A stretch of 64,000 nucleotides of DNA from an uncultured Gemmatimonadales bacterium (GCA_963823035.1 CAWGKG010000016.1:1-64000), one strand, 5' to 3'. Shown: positions 10,276-20,134, counted from the stretch's first letter. Program-made: numbers and translations. The notes: generated from the letters alone by a model not told the origin.

Positions 10276-10926
10276 ATGAAGATGGTAGATGCGACGGAAA
10301 GGATGCCGACCAGCGGGGAGGAGCTCGCGAACGCCCTGAGCCACGGGGCGGGGCTCCTGTGCGCGGTGGCGGCCACGCCGTTGCTCGTGGTGGGAGCTGT
10401 TTCCCGTGGGGGCCCGGCCGACGTGGTGGGCAGCGCCGTTTTCGGGGCGACGCTCGTGCTGCTCTACCTGGCGTCGACGTGCTACCACCTCGCGCGCGGG
10501 GCGAGCCTGAAGAGCCGGCTCCGTCGACTCGATCACGCGGCCATCTACCTCCTGATCGCGGGTACCTATACGCCGTTCACCCTGGGCGTGCTCGGGGGTC
10601 CCTGGGGGTGGACGCTCTTCGGCCTCGTCTGGGGTACCGCGGCCGTCGGCATCGCGACCAAGCTGATCGCGGGGATCCACTACCCGCGCGTGTCCGTCGC
10701 GGCGTACCTGGTCATGGGATGGCTGGTCCTGATCGCGATCCGTCCGCTCTGGCTGCGCATGGACGCGGCCGGCCTCCGATGGCTCTTCCTCGGGGGCCTC
10801 TGCTACTCGGGGGGCGTGGTGTTCTACGCGGCGCGCAGGATCCGCTACGGACACCTCGTCTGGCATCTGTGCGTGCTCGGCGGATCCGCCTGCCATTTCT
10901 TCGCCGCCCTGTGGTACGCGGCGTAG
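10276..10926 (+). CDS. hemolysin III / PAQR family membrane protein (TrhA-like)
   Basis: EELANALSHG, YLASTCYH, DHAAIYLLIAGTYTPF, HLVWHLCVLGGSACHF. Confidence 0.92.
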   Translation: MKMVDATERMPTSGEELANALSHGAGLLCAVAATPLLVVGAVSRGGPADVVGSAVFGATLVLLYLASTCYHLARGASLKSRLRRLDHAAIYLLIAGTYTPFTLGVLGGPWGWTLFGLVWGTAAVGIATKLIAGIHYPRVSVAAYLVMGWLVLIAIRPLWLRMDAAGLRWLFLGGLCYSGGVVFYAARRIRYGHLVWHLCVLGGSACHFFAALWYAA

Positions 10927-10959
10927 TCGCCACGCTCCACGGGGGAAGACCCCGGACCC

Positions 10960-11337
10960 TCACCCCTCCGGCGGGCGGTCGAGGTAGGCGTGGGCCTCGG
11001 TCAGGTCGCGGAACACCTCGGAGGACGCCCCCACCTCACCCGCGAGCATGGAGGCCATGCGCGCCAATCCGAAGTGGACCTCGGAGCCGACGACGATCGC
11101 CATGCGCTCGATCCTGGAAGCCATGGGGACCACAGCCGCCCCGGCCGCCCGCACCTCGGCGGTGGGGCGCGCCGCCGTGGAGGCGCGGGCGTCGATCAGC
11201 ACCAGCGCCCTGAGCCCCGGCTCCAGCGCCTCCAGGCCGGACGCGATAGCGTCGAGCAACTGCTGGGTCGAATAGCTCCCCTCGACACGAACGACGAGGT
11301 GTCGGCCGGCGAGTTCGTAGCCTACCTTGCCGCTCAA
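10960..11337 (-). CDS. small SpoIIAA/STAS-like alpha/beta hypothetical protein
   Basis: VLIDAR, RMAIVV...FGLARM, VFRDLTEAHAYL pattern. Confidence 0.55.
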   Translation of the reverse strand: MSGKVGYELAGRHLVVRVEGSYSTQQLLDAIASGLEALEPGLRALVLIDARASTAARPTAEVRAAGAAVVPMASRIERMAIVVGSEVHFGLARMASMLAGEVGASSEVFRDLTEAHAYLDRPPEG

Positions 11338-11428
11338 AACAGGCAGCCTCCGCGGGAGTGTAACCTCTCACCATAAGTGCGGATACGTCGCGAGGCCAGC
11401 GAATTGGAGCACCGGGAGAAGACGGAGC

Positions 11429-12124
11429 ATGAAGGCACAGGGTGTGTGGACCGCGGTGGACGAGTATGCAGTCGAGCTCTTCCTCGACGAAGGTGCGACG
11501 TGGAAAGACGCGCTCGAGCGCAGCGACGCGGCGGGTCTTCCGGACATCCAGGTGTCGCCGGTCCAGGGTGCGTTCCTCGGCATCCTGGTGAGGGGTATGC
11601 GGGCGCGGCGCGTCCTGGAGATCGGGACGCTGGGCGGCTTCAGCACGATCTTCCTCGCCCGGGCGCTGCCGCCCGGCGGTAGGGTGGTCTCGCTCGAGAT
11701 CGACCCGGCCCACGCGGCGGTCGCGCGGACCAACCTGGAGAGAGCGGGGTTGTCCGATCGCGTCGAGGTCGTGCAGGGTGACGCGCACGGGACGCTCGAC
11801 CGTCTTCGACGCGAGGGCGCGGAGCCGTTCGACTTCGTCTTCGTCGACGCGGAGAAGGAAGGGTACGTCCGCTACCTGGAGGAGGTTCTGCCGCTCTGTC
11901 GCGCGGGTACGCTGATCATCGCCGACAACGTGGTGCGTCGGGGAGAGGTGGTGGACCCCGACGCTTCGGATTCGAGCGCCATGGGTGCCCGCGATTTCAA
12001 CGCACGGGTGGCGGCCGAGCCGTCCCTCGAAGGGATCGTTCTACAGACGGTGGGGAGCAAGGGCCACGACGGGATGGCCATTGCGGTTGTGCGTGACGGG
12101 CCTCGTACCAGGGAGGAGGGGTAG
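11429..12124 (+). CDS. cation-dependent O-methyltransferase (COMT/CCoAOMT family)
   Basis: VLEIGTLGGFST, FDFVFVDAEK, IIADNVVRRG, GSKGHDG. Confidence 0.92.
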   Translation: MKAQGVWTAVDEYAVELFLDEGATWKDALERSDAAGLPDIQVSPVQGAFLGILVRGMRARRVLEIGTLGGFSTIFLARALPPGGRVVSLEIDPAHAAVARTNLERAGLSDRVEVVQGDAHGTLDRLRREGAEPFDFVFVDAEKEGYVRYLEEVLPLCRAGTLIIADNVVRRGEVVDPDASDSSAMGARDFNARVAAEPSLEGIVLQTVGSKGHDGMAIAVVRDGPRTREEG

Positions 12125-12125
12125 G

Positions 12126-12527
12126 ATGAAGCGTGTGACAGGATTGGGCGGGGTGTTCTTCAGGAGCGGCGACGCGAAGGAGACACTCGCGTGGTACCGC
12201 CGGCATCTCGGCATCGACGCCGCGGATTGGGGGGGCTACGCCTTTCGCTGGCTGGAGCGGGAGCGGCCGGACGAAACGGGCTACACGGTGTGGAGCGCGT
12301 TCCCCGAGGATACGAAGTACTTCGCGCCGAGCGAGCACGCCTTCATGGTCAACTTCCGGGTGGCGGACCTGGAGGGGCTCATCGCTGCGCTCCGTTCGGA
12401 GGGCGTGGAGGTGGTTGGGGAGATCGCGCAGGAGGAGAACGGGAAGTTCGCCTGGATCCTCGACCCGGAAGGGCGGAAGGTCGAGCTCTGGGAGCCCGTG
12501 CCCTCGCGCGAGGACCCCTACCTCTAG
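12126..12527 (+). CDS. VOC/glyoxalase family protein
   Basis: MKRVTGLGGVFF, FMVNFRV, GKFAWILDPEGRKVELWEP. Confidence 0.9.
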   Translation: MKRVTGLGGVFFRSGDAKETLAWYRRHLGIDAADWGGYAFRWLERERPDETGYTVWSAFPEDTKYFAPSEHAFMVNFRVADLEGLIAALRSEGVEVVGEIAQEENGKFAWILDPEGRKVELWEPVPSREDPYL

Positions 12528-12570
12528 TGGGGTGCCGGTGCGCGGGGAACGGCCTCACGGCGGGGGGCGC

Positions 12571-13095
12571 ATGAGCTTCGACCTGGTGAACGCCGTCGTG
12601 GTGCTCGAGCGCACACCGGCCGTCGTCCGCGCCCTCCTCGAGGGACTACCCGAGGCGTGGACGCATCGGAACGAGGGCCCCGACACCTGGAGCCCCTTCG
12701 ACGTCGTGGGCCATCTCATCGACGGGGAGGAGCGCGACTGGATGACCCGCGCCCGCATCATCGTCGACGAGGGCGTCACCCGCGCGTTCGAGCCGTTCGA
12801 CCGCTTCCGGCACCTACGCCAGAACGCAGGGAAGCCGCTCGGCGCGCTGCTGGACCGCTTCGCCGAGTTGCGGGAGCGGAACCTCGGGGAGCTGGCGGCG
12901 CTGGCGCCGGGGCCGGGAGAGCTACGCCTGCAGGGAGCCCATCCGGAGCTGGGTACCGTGACGCTCGAGCAGTTGCTGGCCACCTGGGTGGCGCACGACC
13001 TCGGCCACATCGCCCAGATCGCGCGTGTGATGGCGAAGCAGTACCGCGAGGACGTGGGTCCCTGGGCGGCATACCTCCCCGTGCTGCACCGGTGA
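12571..13095 (+). CDS. DinB family protein
   Basis: TWSPFDVVGHLIDGEERDW, HPELGTVTLEQLLATWVAHDLGHIAQI. Confidence 0.9.
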   Translation: MSFDLVNAVVVLERTPAVVRALLEGLPEAWTHRNEGPDTWSPFDVVGHLIDGEERDWMTRARIIVDEGVTRAFEPFDRFRHLRQNAGKPLGALLDRFAELRERNLGELAALAPGPGELRLQGAHPELGTVTLEQLLATWVAHDLGHIAQIARVMAKQYREDVGPWAAYLPVLHR

Positions 13096-13111
13096 GCGGG
13101 GTACGCGCCGC

Positions 13112-13981
13112 TTGAGTCGTCCGCCGGCGGAGGTCCACGTCGACGAGGCGACCGTGCGTGCGTTGTTGGAAGCCGAGTGCCCGGGCCTCGCGCGGGAGCC
13201 GCTCCGGCGCCTCGACGAGGGTTGGGACAACGTGACCTTCCTGCTCGGGATGGAGCACGCCGTCCGTCTCCCCCGCCGCGAGGCAGGGGTCGCGCTCCTC
13301 CTCAACGAGCAGCGCTGGCTTCCGGTGCTGGGACCGCGCATCCCCCTCGCCGTCCCGGCTCCCGTGCACGCCGGCGCGCCTCGCGCACCGTTCGGGTGGC
13401 CCTGGAGCGTCGTGGCCTGGGTGCCGGGCACGACCGCCGAGCGCCACCGCTTCCGCTCGGAGGACGTGGCTCTCCTGGCGAAGGCACTCCTCGCGCTGCA
13501 CCAGCCGGCTCCGGACGACGCGCCGACGAATCCGTTCCGGGGTGTGCCGCTCCCTACACGCAACGAAGTGGTGCAAGAGCGGCTCGACCGCCTGGCGAGC
13601 CACCCGGGCGTGGACGTCGCGAGCGTGGGTGCGGTCTGGCGCGACGCCTGCTCGGTCCCAGGGGCCGGAGAGCGGCGTTGGATGCACGGCGATCTGCACC
13701 CGCGCAACGTGGTCGTCCGGGGCGGGGCCCTGGTGGGCTTGATCGACTGGGGTGATCTGAACGGGGGCGACGTAGCGAGCGACCTGGCGTGCGCATGGAC
13801 GCTCCTGGATGAGGCCGCCCGGCGGCGGGAGCTCCTGGACGCCTACGGTGCGTCGGAGCCGCTCGCGAAGCGCGCGCTCGGGTGGGCCGTGCACATGGGC
13901 CTGTCACTGGCGGACAGCGGAGAGCCGCGGCACATCCCTCTGGGGCTGGCCACGCTGGCAAGGGTGCTCGAGGATGCCTGA
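13112..13981 (+). CDS. aminoglycoside phosphotransferase (APH)-family kinase
   Basis: GWDN, VRLPRR, Brenner motif HGDLHPRN, IDWGD. Confidence 0.9.
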   Translation: MSRPPAEVHVDEATVRALLEAECPGLAREPLRRLDEGWDNVTFLLGMEHAVRLPRREAGVALLLNEQRWLPVLGPRIPLAVPAPVHAGAPRAPFGWPWSVVAWVPGTTAERHRFRSEDVALLAKALLALHQPAPDDAPTNPFRGVPLPTRNEVVQERLDRLASHPGVDVASVGAVWRDACSVPGAGERRWMHGDLHPRNVVVRGGALVGLIDWGDLNGGDVASDLACAWTLLDEAARRRELLDAYGASEPLAKRALGWAVHMGLSLADSGEPRHIPLGLATLARVLEDA

Positions 13982-14723
13982 CCCCGTCGTCGTCGCGGCC
14001 GGGCAGCCGGGCGGACCGCCCGTCCGGTTCTTCCGCTACGAGCTCCGTACCACCGACACGGATGCGGCCCGGGCGTTCTATCGGTCGGTCCTGGGCGACC
14101 TCGACGACCCCTCGCTCGACGTCGGCCCGCTGCCACCGACGGCGCGCGCGCGGGGCGCGCCCGCCCACTGGCTGGGCCATCTCGCCGTGACCGACCCCGA
14201 GGCGGCGGCAGCAGCGTTGGTGGCCGCCGGGGGAGCCCGTTTGGGGCCGACGGAAAGGCACGCGGACGGCTCGGCCCGCGCCGTGCTGCGCGACCCGTTC
14301 GGCGCGGTGCTCGCCGTCGCGTCGGGCCGGACCGCCCCCGCGGACACGCCGGTGCGGTGGCACGTCCTGAACGTCGACGACCCCGAGCGCGCGCTCGGGG
14401 TCTATGCGGGCGCGTTCGGATGGACGGGGGCGGAGGGGTTCGACGCGGAGTCCGGTCAGGGCCGGCACCTGTCCTTCACCTGGCAAGGGTCGGGTCGGAG
14501 CGTGGGAAGCATCGCCGACACGGCGCGCCTTCCCCATGTCCATCCACACTGGCTCTTCCTCTTCGACGTGCCCGACGTCGAGCACGCGGTCGCCACCGTG
14601 CTCGCCCATGGCGGCACGGCGCTACCGACGTTTCGAACGCCCACGGGAGATCTCGCCGCCGTGTGCGAGGACCCGCAGGGCGCCACGTTCGGCCTCCGCC
14701 GACCTGGAACGGAGAAGATCTGA
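13974..14723 (+). CDS. two-domain VOC/glyoxalase family protein
   Basis: YELRTTDTDAARAFY, DPFGAVLAV, DPQGATFGL. Confidence 0.85.
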   Translation: MPDPVVVAAGQPGGPPVRFFRYELRTTDTDAARAFYRSVLGDLDDPSLDVGPLPPTARARGAPAHWLGHLAVTDPEAAAAALVAAGGARLGPTERHADGSARAVLRDPFGAVLAVASGRTAPADTPVRWHVLNVDDPERALGVYAGAFGWTGAEGFDAESGQGRHLSFTWQGSGRSVGSIADTARLPHVHPHWLFLFDVPDVEHAVATVLAHGGTALPTFRTPTGDLAAVCEDPQGATFGLRRPGTEKI

Positions 14724-14725
14724 CG

Positions 14726-14962
14726 ATGGCCATCGCGCTGGACGACGCACGCAGGGAGCGGCTGATCGTGAGCCTGCAGGAGTTCTATCGCCAGGAGTTC
14801 GACGAGGATCTCAGCGGATTCCGCTCGGAGCAGATCCTGGCCTTCTTCTTGCTAGCGCTCGGGCCGCAAGTTTACAACCAGGCCGTCCAGGATGCGCGTG
14901 GCTTCCTGCAGCGGAGCCTCGACGACCTCGACGGCGAGGTCTACGAGAGCGAGTCGTTCTGA
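14726..14962 (+). CDS. DUF2164 family protein
   Basis: LQEFYRQEFDEDLSGFRSEQILAFFL...GPQVYNQAVQDA. Confidence 0.85.
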   Translation: MAIALDDARRERLIVSLQEFYRQEFDEDLSGFRSEQILAFFLLALGPQVYNQAVQDARGFLQRSLDDLDGEVYESESF

Positions 14963-14989
14963 GATCGAAGGACCTTCCCGTCTAGAGCC

Positions 14990-15127
14990 ATGAGCGAAGC
15001 CACGAATGCGCCCGATACCCCCGGCCCCGCCGACGGCGAGGCCTTTCGCGGCAGCGACCTCGCCGCATCCCTGACGGTCAAGGACATCCAGCGGAGGGCC
15101 CTCAGGGCTGGACCTCCGTCATCGTGA
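14990..15127 (+). pseudogene. 5' remnant of a VOC family gene
   Basis: MSEATNAPDTPGPADGEAFRGSDLAASLTVKDIQR resembles a VOC first strand and helix; runs into the 3' end of the convergent gene. Confidence 0.5.
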
Positions 15128-15635
15128 TCGGCTGCGTCAACTCGACGGGCGGTGGGAACGCGTCGTTCGGGAGCCAGTGATACCAGAGCGCGTCGGCGAC
15201 GATCGACATCACCTCGTCGCCGCAGGAGTTGCCGGTGCTGCCCGCCACGTCCACCACCTTCGTCCGGCCCGACGGGTTCACCCGCAGGCGAACGCGACCG
15301 CGCAGAGCGGTCTCGGCGGTCAACGCCAGGGGAGGGCAGTCTTCGGGGAAGAGGACCAGCCGCTCGGCCTCGAGGACCCGGTCCGGGGGTTCCGTATGGG
15401 TCGTGCCGTCCGGGGCGGTGATCGTCGGAGGCCCGAAGAAGATCGACAGGAGGATGGGGGAGCCCGCCGCCGACCCGCCGGGGCGCTCGAGGCGGATCTC
15501 CGAGGAGGTGACCAGCTCGGTGCGGAACCCGGGCGTGAGGAGGAAGACGGCGGCGTGGATCGCGGCCGCGATCCCGAGCGACCAGGCGAAGATCTTCCGC
15601 CCCCTCGCGCGGAGCTGCTGGGACCTCGTCTTCAT
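15102..15635 (-). CDS. TonB-like protein (N-terminal anchor + TonB C-terminal domain)
   Basis: SLGIAAAIH anchor with Ser/His, GRVRLRVNPSGRTKVVDVAGSTG C-domain pattern. Confidence 0.6.
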   Translation of the reverse strand: MKTRSQQLRARGRKIFAWSLGIAAAIHAAVFLLTPGFRTELVTSSEIRLERPGGSAAGSPILLSIFFGPPTITAPDGTTHTEPPDRVLEAERLVLFPEDCPPLALTAETALRGRVRLRVNPSGRTKVVDVAGSTGNSCGDEVMSIVADALWYHWLPNDAFPPPVELTQPITMTEVQP

Positions 15636-15730
15636 GGCGCTCCTCCGTGCGCGGCGCGGGACCTTTCCCTGTCACATAGGGACCGCGCTCGCGTGCGGGC
15701 AAGCGTCTTCTTCGGGAGCTCCGCCCCGGC

Positions 15731-16087
15731 TCACCCTGCGCCGTTCGGAACCGACCGATGGGCGTGGAGCACCTTCCAGGCCCCGTCGCGCTGCTCGAAG
15801 ACCATCGTCTCGGCGAACGGCGCGACGATCTCCCGCCCGTCCGTGAGCGTGGCCGTCGCCCGACCCTGGGCGACCCACAGCGCGGTGGTGGGCGACAGCA
15901 GCGTGATGTGCTCGAGCGTGTAGGCGTACGAGACGCCGGTGAGAGCGCGGAAGCCCGCCGAGGTGTTCTGGAGCGCGCTCGCGCGCGTGGGCTGGAGCCG
16001 GCCGCTCTCGATGATCGGCGGCGTGTCGGTGTCGAGGACGTACGCGTAGAGCGCGTCCGCGTCCAACCGCCTGGCCGCGGCCCGCAT
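15731..16087 (-). CDS. NTF2/SnoaL-like (DUF4440) protein; true start may lie upstream
   Basis: C-terminal TMVFEQRDGAWKVLHAHRS typical of the NTF2-like fold. Confidence 0.75.
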   Translation of the reverse strand: MRAAARRLDADALYAYVLDTDTPPIIESGRLQPTRASALQNTSAGFRALTGVSYAYTLEHITLLSPTTALWVAQGRATATLTDGREIVAPFAETMVFEQRDGAWKVLHAHRSVPNGAG

Positions 16088-16225
16088 CTCGGCCTGGACG
16101 GCGCGGATCGCGGCCTCGGCCGTCTCCTGCGCGGTGAGGGGCGGGCTCTCGGGTGCGCGTTGCCGGCGGGAGGGGAGAGAGGCGAGGGCGATCGCGAAGC
16201 TGCGCTTCCGCCCGGCCCGGTGCGC

Positions 16226-18035
16226 CTACTCGACCACGATCGGTCGGCTCACGATCGCCGGCTCGCGCCCGGGGAGGTCGAGTCGGAGGTGCAGCGTGTA
16301 GTCGCCGGGCGTCAGCTCGGCGGGTAGCTCGAGGAACACCGACCGGAATACCGTCTGGACCCCGTCCGTGCCCGTGTCCTCGAACGCGACCTGCACGGGG
16401 CGGTCCGGCTCGAGCTTGCCGAGGAAGTCCCCCACGTTGCCGAGGAAGCCGGGCCGCCCCTTCGTGAAGCCGAGGCTGACCTGCGCGGTCTCCTTCACCC
16501 GCAGCCCGTAGACCTCCCACACGACGGTGAAGCGCTCTCCGCGCTTGATGCGTACGCCTTTGCGCACGTGCGGGATCGCCTCTTCGAGCGTCTCGGGTAG
16601 CGCGGCGCCCTTCTCCAGCACGAGGAGGTCCGACACGGCGACCAGACCGGGAACGAGTGGGACCTGCCGCACGCCCTGGCGCGCGCGCCATGCGCGCTTG
16701 CCCACGCTGTCGAAGACCTCCAGGCTGCTCACGTAGCGCCCGGGGGTGGCCTGCAGGGTGAAGACGCCGTCGGCGTCCGTGCCCTCCACCTCGGTGGCCG
16801 CTCCTCCATCCTCCGGCACGAGGAACAATCCGGCCCGCAGCGGATGCGCGGCCTTCGCGCCGAAGTCGGCCGCGGCCGACGGCTCGGGAGGCGCCATGTC
16901 CGCCATCATCACGGGATCGGGCTGGTAGGCCCCGACCACGAGCATGTCGTCTCCGCGCCGGAAGCGGCCGACCTGCGTCTCCAGGGCCCGGAAATCGGGC
17001 GCGTAGGGCGGCGCGTACCACGTCCTCGCCTCGCGGGGCGCCGTGATCCAGCTCTCCGGGGGGATCTCCGAGGGGGATTTCAGGAACTCCTCGGGGAAGA
17101 GGTAGCCCCGGCTCATGGAAGCGTGGTGGCCGATCACCTGGCGCGTGTCCTGCAGGGAGAAGCCCCGCCCTCCCCGCATCTGAGCGGCGGTGTCGTGCGT
17201 CCGGCTGTAGCCGCGGATCCGCCCGTAGCGGACGAGCGTCTCCTCGACGTCCTCGTCCCAGAACATGCCCTGCGGGCTCTCGGCGTCGCGCTCGTTCGCG
17301 GCCTCCACCCAGCGGGCGAAGTGGTCCGTGAGGCGGTCGTTGCCGTCGACGAGGAAGAGCGGGTCGGAGAGCCGCCAGAAGAGCTCCCACCTGCGCTCAC
17401 GCTCCCCGGGCTCGCCGCGGTTGAAGTCCTTCTCGGCCTTCCTGGGGATGATGTAGTGTGGGCCCGCCCACAGCTCGCGCTCCTTCTTCGGCATGGTGGC
17501 GAGCGCTTCCCGGAACGCCGCCTCGGACTCCACCCACTTCCCCTCGAGATGCAGGACGTATCCCAGGAGCGCAGAGCACCACCAGCCGTCGGCGACACCG
17601 CAGCCACGGGCTACGCGCTCGGCCTGCCCGAGGTCCCCGTTCTCCGCGACGTAGCGAACCAGCTCACCGATGACCCAGGCGTCGGGTACCTGCTCGGCGG
17701 TCCGGAAGAGCACGCCGATGAGCTCGCGCCGCGCGATCCCCACTTCCGGGCGCTCCGCCGGGAAGTTGTCCTCCTCCGATCCTCCGAACCAGATGCAGAT
17801 GCGGCCGATCTGCTGGTCGCATCCGCGCCGTGCGAGATCCGTATGGACCGGGATCCGGCTCTGGCGGAACATCTCGAAATCCCGCTGGCGGTCGTGCGCC
17901 GCCTTGACCAGCGCCTTGGCATCGACGGGCTCGCTCGATTGGGCAGCCGCCGGCGCCGGGGCGAACAGGAAGGCGAAGAGCGTACCTGCGGCGAAGAGGT
18001 AGGCGGCCGTCGATCGGTGCGGTTGCGTGCCGCAT
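16226..18035 (-). CDS. GWxTD-domain-like exported protein (apparent frameshift near 5' end)
   Basis: FWRLSDPLFLVDGNDRLTDHFARW and ETLVRYG motifs; signal peptide YLFAAGTLFAFLFAPAPAAAQ in frame upstream of 17872; GGAG+ATG at 18035 is in another frame. Confidence 0.6.
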
Positions 18036-18161
18036 GGGGTCTCCGCTGCGGGTCATCGATCCCGGCAGGGCGACCTTGGGTGCCTCGCCGTGGATTCGCT
18101 ACACCGGCCGGGCACGGGGTGGTCCCGGACAGGCCCCGGGTTGCACGCGCGGGATCGGGAT

Positions 18162-18468
18162 GGGCACTACGACGTGGTGCCGGCGAGCCGGCCGGGGCAG
18201 TTCGACCCGAGTGTGGCCGACGGGAGGCTGGTCGGCCGCGGCAGCGGGGACATGAAGGGCGGCATCGCCGCGATGGCGTGCGCGGCGGCGGCGAGACGCG
18301 CCGCACCTCCTTCGCGTGCCCGCCGTGGCCTACGGGCCGGGCGAGTTGGAGCTCGCGCACGGCCCGGAGGAGAGCGTCTCGGTCGCGCGGATGAGCGAGT
18401 GTGCCGAGATCTACGCGCGGGCGGCGCTCTCCCTGCTGGGTGCGGCCACCCGGGCGGCTCGGCGTTGA
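18162..18468 (+). pseudogene. M20 (ArgE/DapE) metallopeptidase remnant
   Basis: GHYDVVP...GRGSGDMKGG in one frame, then from 18316 VPAVAYGPGELELAHGPEESV...YARAAL* in another; central part and N-terminus absent. Confidence 0.8.
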
Positions 18469-18530
18469 TGGGCACCCGGTAGGGGTGCCATCGTTGGGGG
18501 GGGACATCGACTCGAGGGGGGGAAGGGAGG

Positions 18531-18983
18531 ATGCGGATACGCGCGGCCCGGATCGAAGACGCCGACGCCCTGACGCGCATCGCGCACGTGGCGAAGGCGT
18601 CGTGGGGCTACCCGGAGGCGTGGCTCGCGGAATGGGCGCCGATCCTCACGATCACGGCGGACTACCTGCGTGCGCACCGGGTGCTCGTTGCCGAGGAGGA
18701 GGGTGACACGCTGGGCTTCGCGGCGCTCGAAGACGGTCCAGGGGGCCCCGAAGTGGGCCACCTCTGGGTGCTTCCGGAGCGGCAGGGCGGTGGCGTGGGG
18801 CGGGCCCTCGTGCGGCGGATCCTCATCGAGGCCCGGCGCCGGGGTTGGAACTCGGTGCGCGTGGAATCGGATCCCAACGCGCGAGCGTTCTACGAGCGGT
18901 TGGGCGGCATCTGGATTGGAGACGTGCCGGCTCCGGTGGCGGGCGTCGACCGGCACCTGCCCGTGCTGCAACTGCCCGTCTGA
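18531..18983 (+). CDS. GNAT N-acetyltransferase
   Basis: KASWGYP, HLWVLPERQGGGVGRAL, ESDPNARAFYERLG. Confidence 0.9.
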   Translation: MRIRAARIEDADALTRIAHVAKASWGYPEAWLAEWAPILTITADYLRAHRVLVAEEEGDTLGFAALEDGPGGPEVGHLWVLPERQGGGVGRALVRRILIEARRRGWNSVRVESDPNARAFYERLGGIWIGDVPAPVAGVDRHLPVLQLPV

Positions 18984-19031
18984 CGGATGGATCGACACCC
19001 GACGTGGGCGCCCGGCGCCGTGGAGGAGCCG

Positions 19032-19496
19032 ATGAGCGAGGAGCTGGAGATCCTGCGGCACCACGAACTCGCGCCCGCGACGCGCGGGCTGCCGCGAGAG
19101 GCCTGCGTGAAGGGGACGCTCGCCCGCTTCCTGCCGGCGAGCCTGGTCGTCCTGGGGCCCTTCCTCCTCCAGCCGTTCTCCAACCCGGCGGCCTGGCCAC
19201 CCTTGCTGTGGATGGCCGTGACGGCAGGCTCGCTGGCGGTGGGCTTCGGGGCCGGGCTGGAGGGGCTGCGCAGGTGGCTGTGGACGGACGCGGAGGTGGA
19301 CGGGCGTCGGAGCGCGGTGGCGGGGCTGCTCGCCCCCCTCGTGTCGGGCATCGTCACGAGTGGTATCGACGATCCCTTCGCCATGGCCGCGCTCACCGCA
19401 GGGGTCGGTGTGGCCGTGGCGGTGCTGATGTACTTCGCCTGGCTGACGGAGACGCCCCGAGCCGACGGGTCGCCGACCACGCCCGATTCCATCTGA
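19032..19496 (+). CDS. hypothetical membrane protein (about 4 TM)
   Basis: GGAGG before ATG 19032; four hydrophobic segments. Confidence 0.6.
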   Translation: MSEELEILRHHELAPATRGLPREACVKGTLARFLPASLVVLGPFLLQPFSNPAAWPPLLWMAVTAGSLAVGFGAGLEGLRRWLWTDAEVDGRRSAVAGLLAPLVSGIVTSGIDDPFAMAALTAGVGVAVAVLMYFAWLTETPRADGSPTTPDSI

Positions 19497-20134
19497 TGTC
19501 GGTCCCGGCGGTGCCGACCCGGCCCGCGAACGTCGATCACGTGGTGTACACCGGCCCGGAGCTCCGGGAAGGGATCGCACGGGTGGAGGCCCTGCTGGGT
19601 GTGGCGCCGGTGCCGGGCGGGCGCCACCCGCGCTACGGGACGCACAACGCGCTCGTCTCGCTCGATGAGGGCACGTACCTGGAGGTGATCGCTCCCGACC
19701 CGCGTGCCGAGCCACCCGCGAGGGGCCTTCCGTTCGGCATGCGGGCGGGGATGCCGTGGCGCCTTGCGACCTGGGCGCTCCGCACGGAGACGATCGAGCG
19801 GAGCGCCGCTGCCGTGCCGGCAGTGGGGACGGTCGAGGAGGGGAGCCGGACGCGGATGGACGGCACCGTGCTGTCCTGGAAGCTGACGGACCCTCACGCG
19901 ATGCCGCTGCAGGGCGCCGTGCCCTTCCTCATCGCTTGGGGGAGCACGCCTCATCCGTCCAGGAGCGCGCCATCGGCGGGTACGCTGAAGGCCCTCCGCA
20001 TCGAATATCCGGACCCCGTCCGGGTGCGGTCCATGCTCGAGGCGCTCGGGACCCGGATGGCCGTGGACCGGGCGGACGCCCTCGCCCTCGTCGCGACGAT
20101 CGAGACGCAGCGGGGTACGGTCGAGCTACGTTGA
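19496..20134 (+). CDS. glyoxalase-like (Glyoxalase_3) VOC protein
   Basis: VDHVVY, GGRHPRYGTHNALV, YLEVIAPDP, PFLIAW. Confidence 0.9.
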   Translation: MSVPAVPTRPANVDHVVYTGPELREGIARVEALLGVAPVPGGRHPRYGTHNALVSLDEGTYLEVIAPDPRAEPPARGLPFGMRAGMPWRLATWALRTETIERSAAAVPAVGTVEEGSRTRMDGTVLSWKLTDPHAMPLQGAVPFLIAWGSTPHPSRSAPSAGTLKALRIEYPDPVRVRSMLEALGTRMAVDRADALALVATIETQRGTVELR

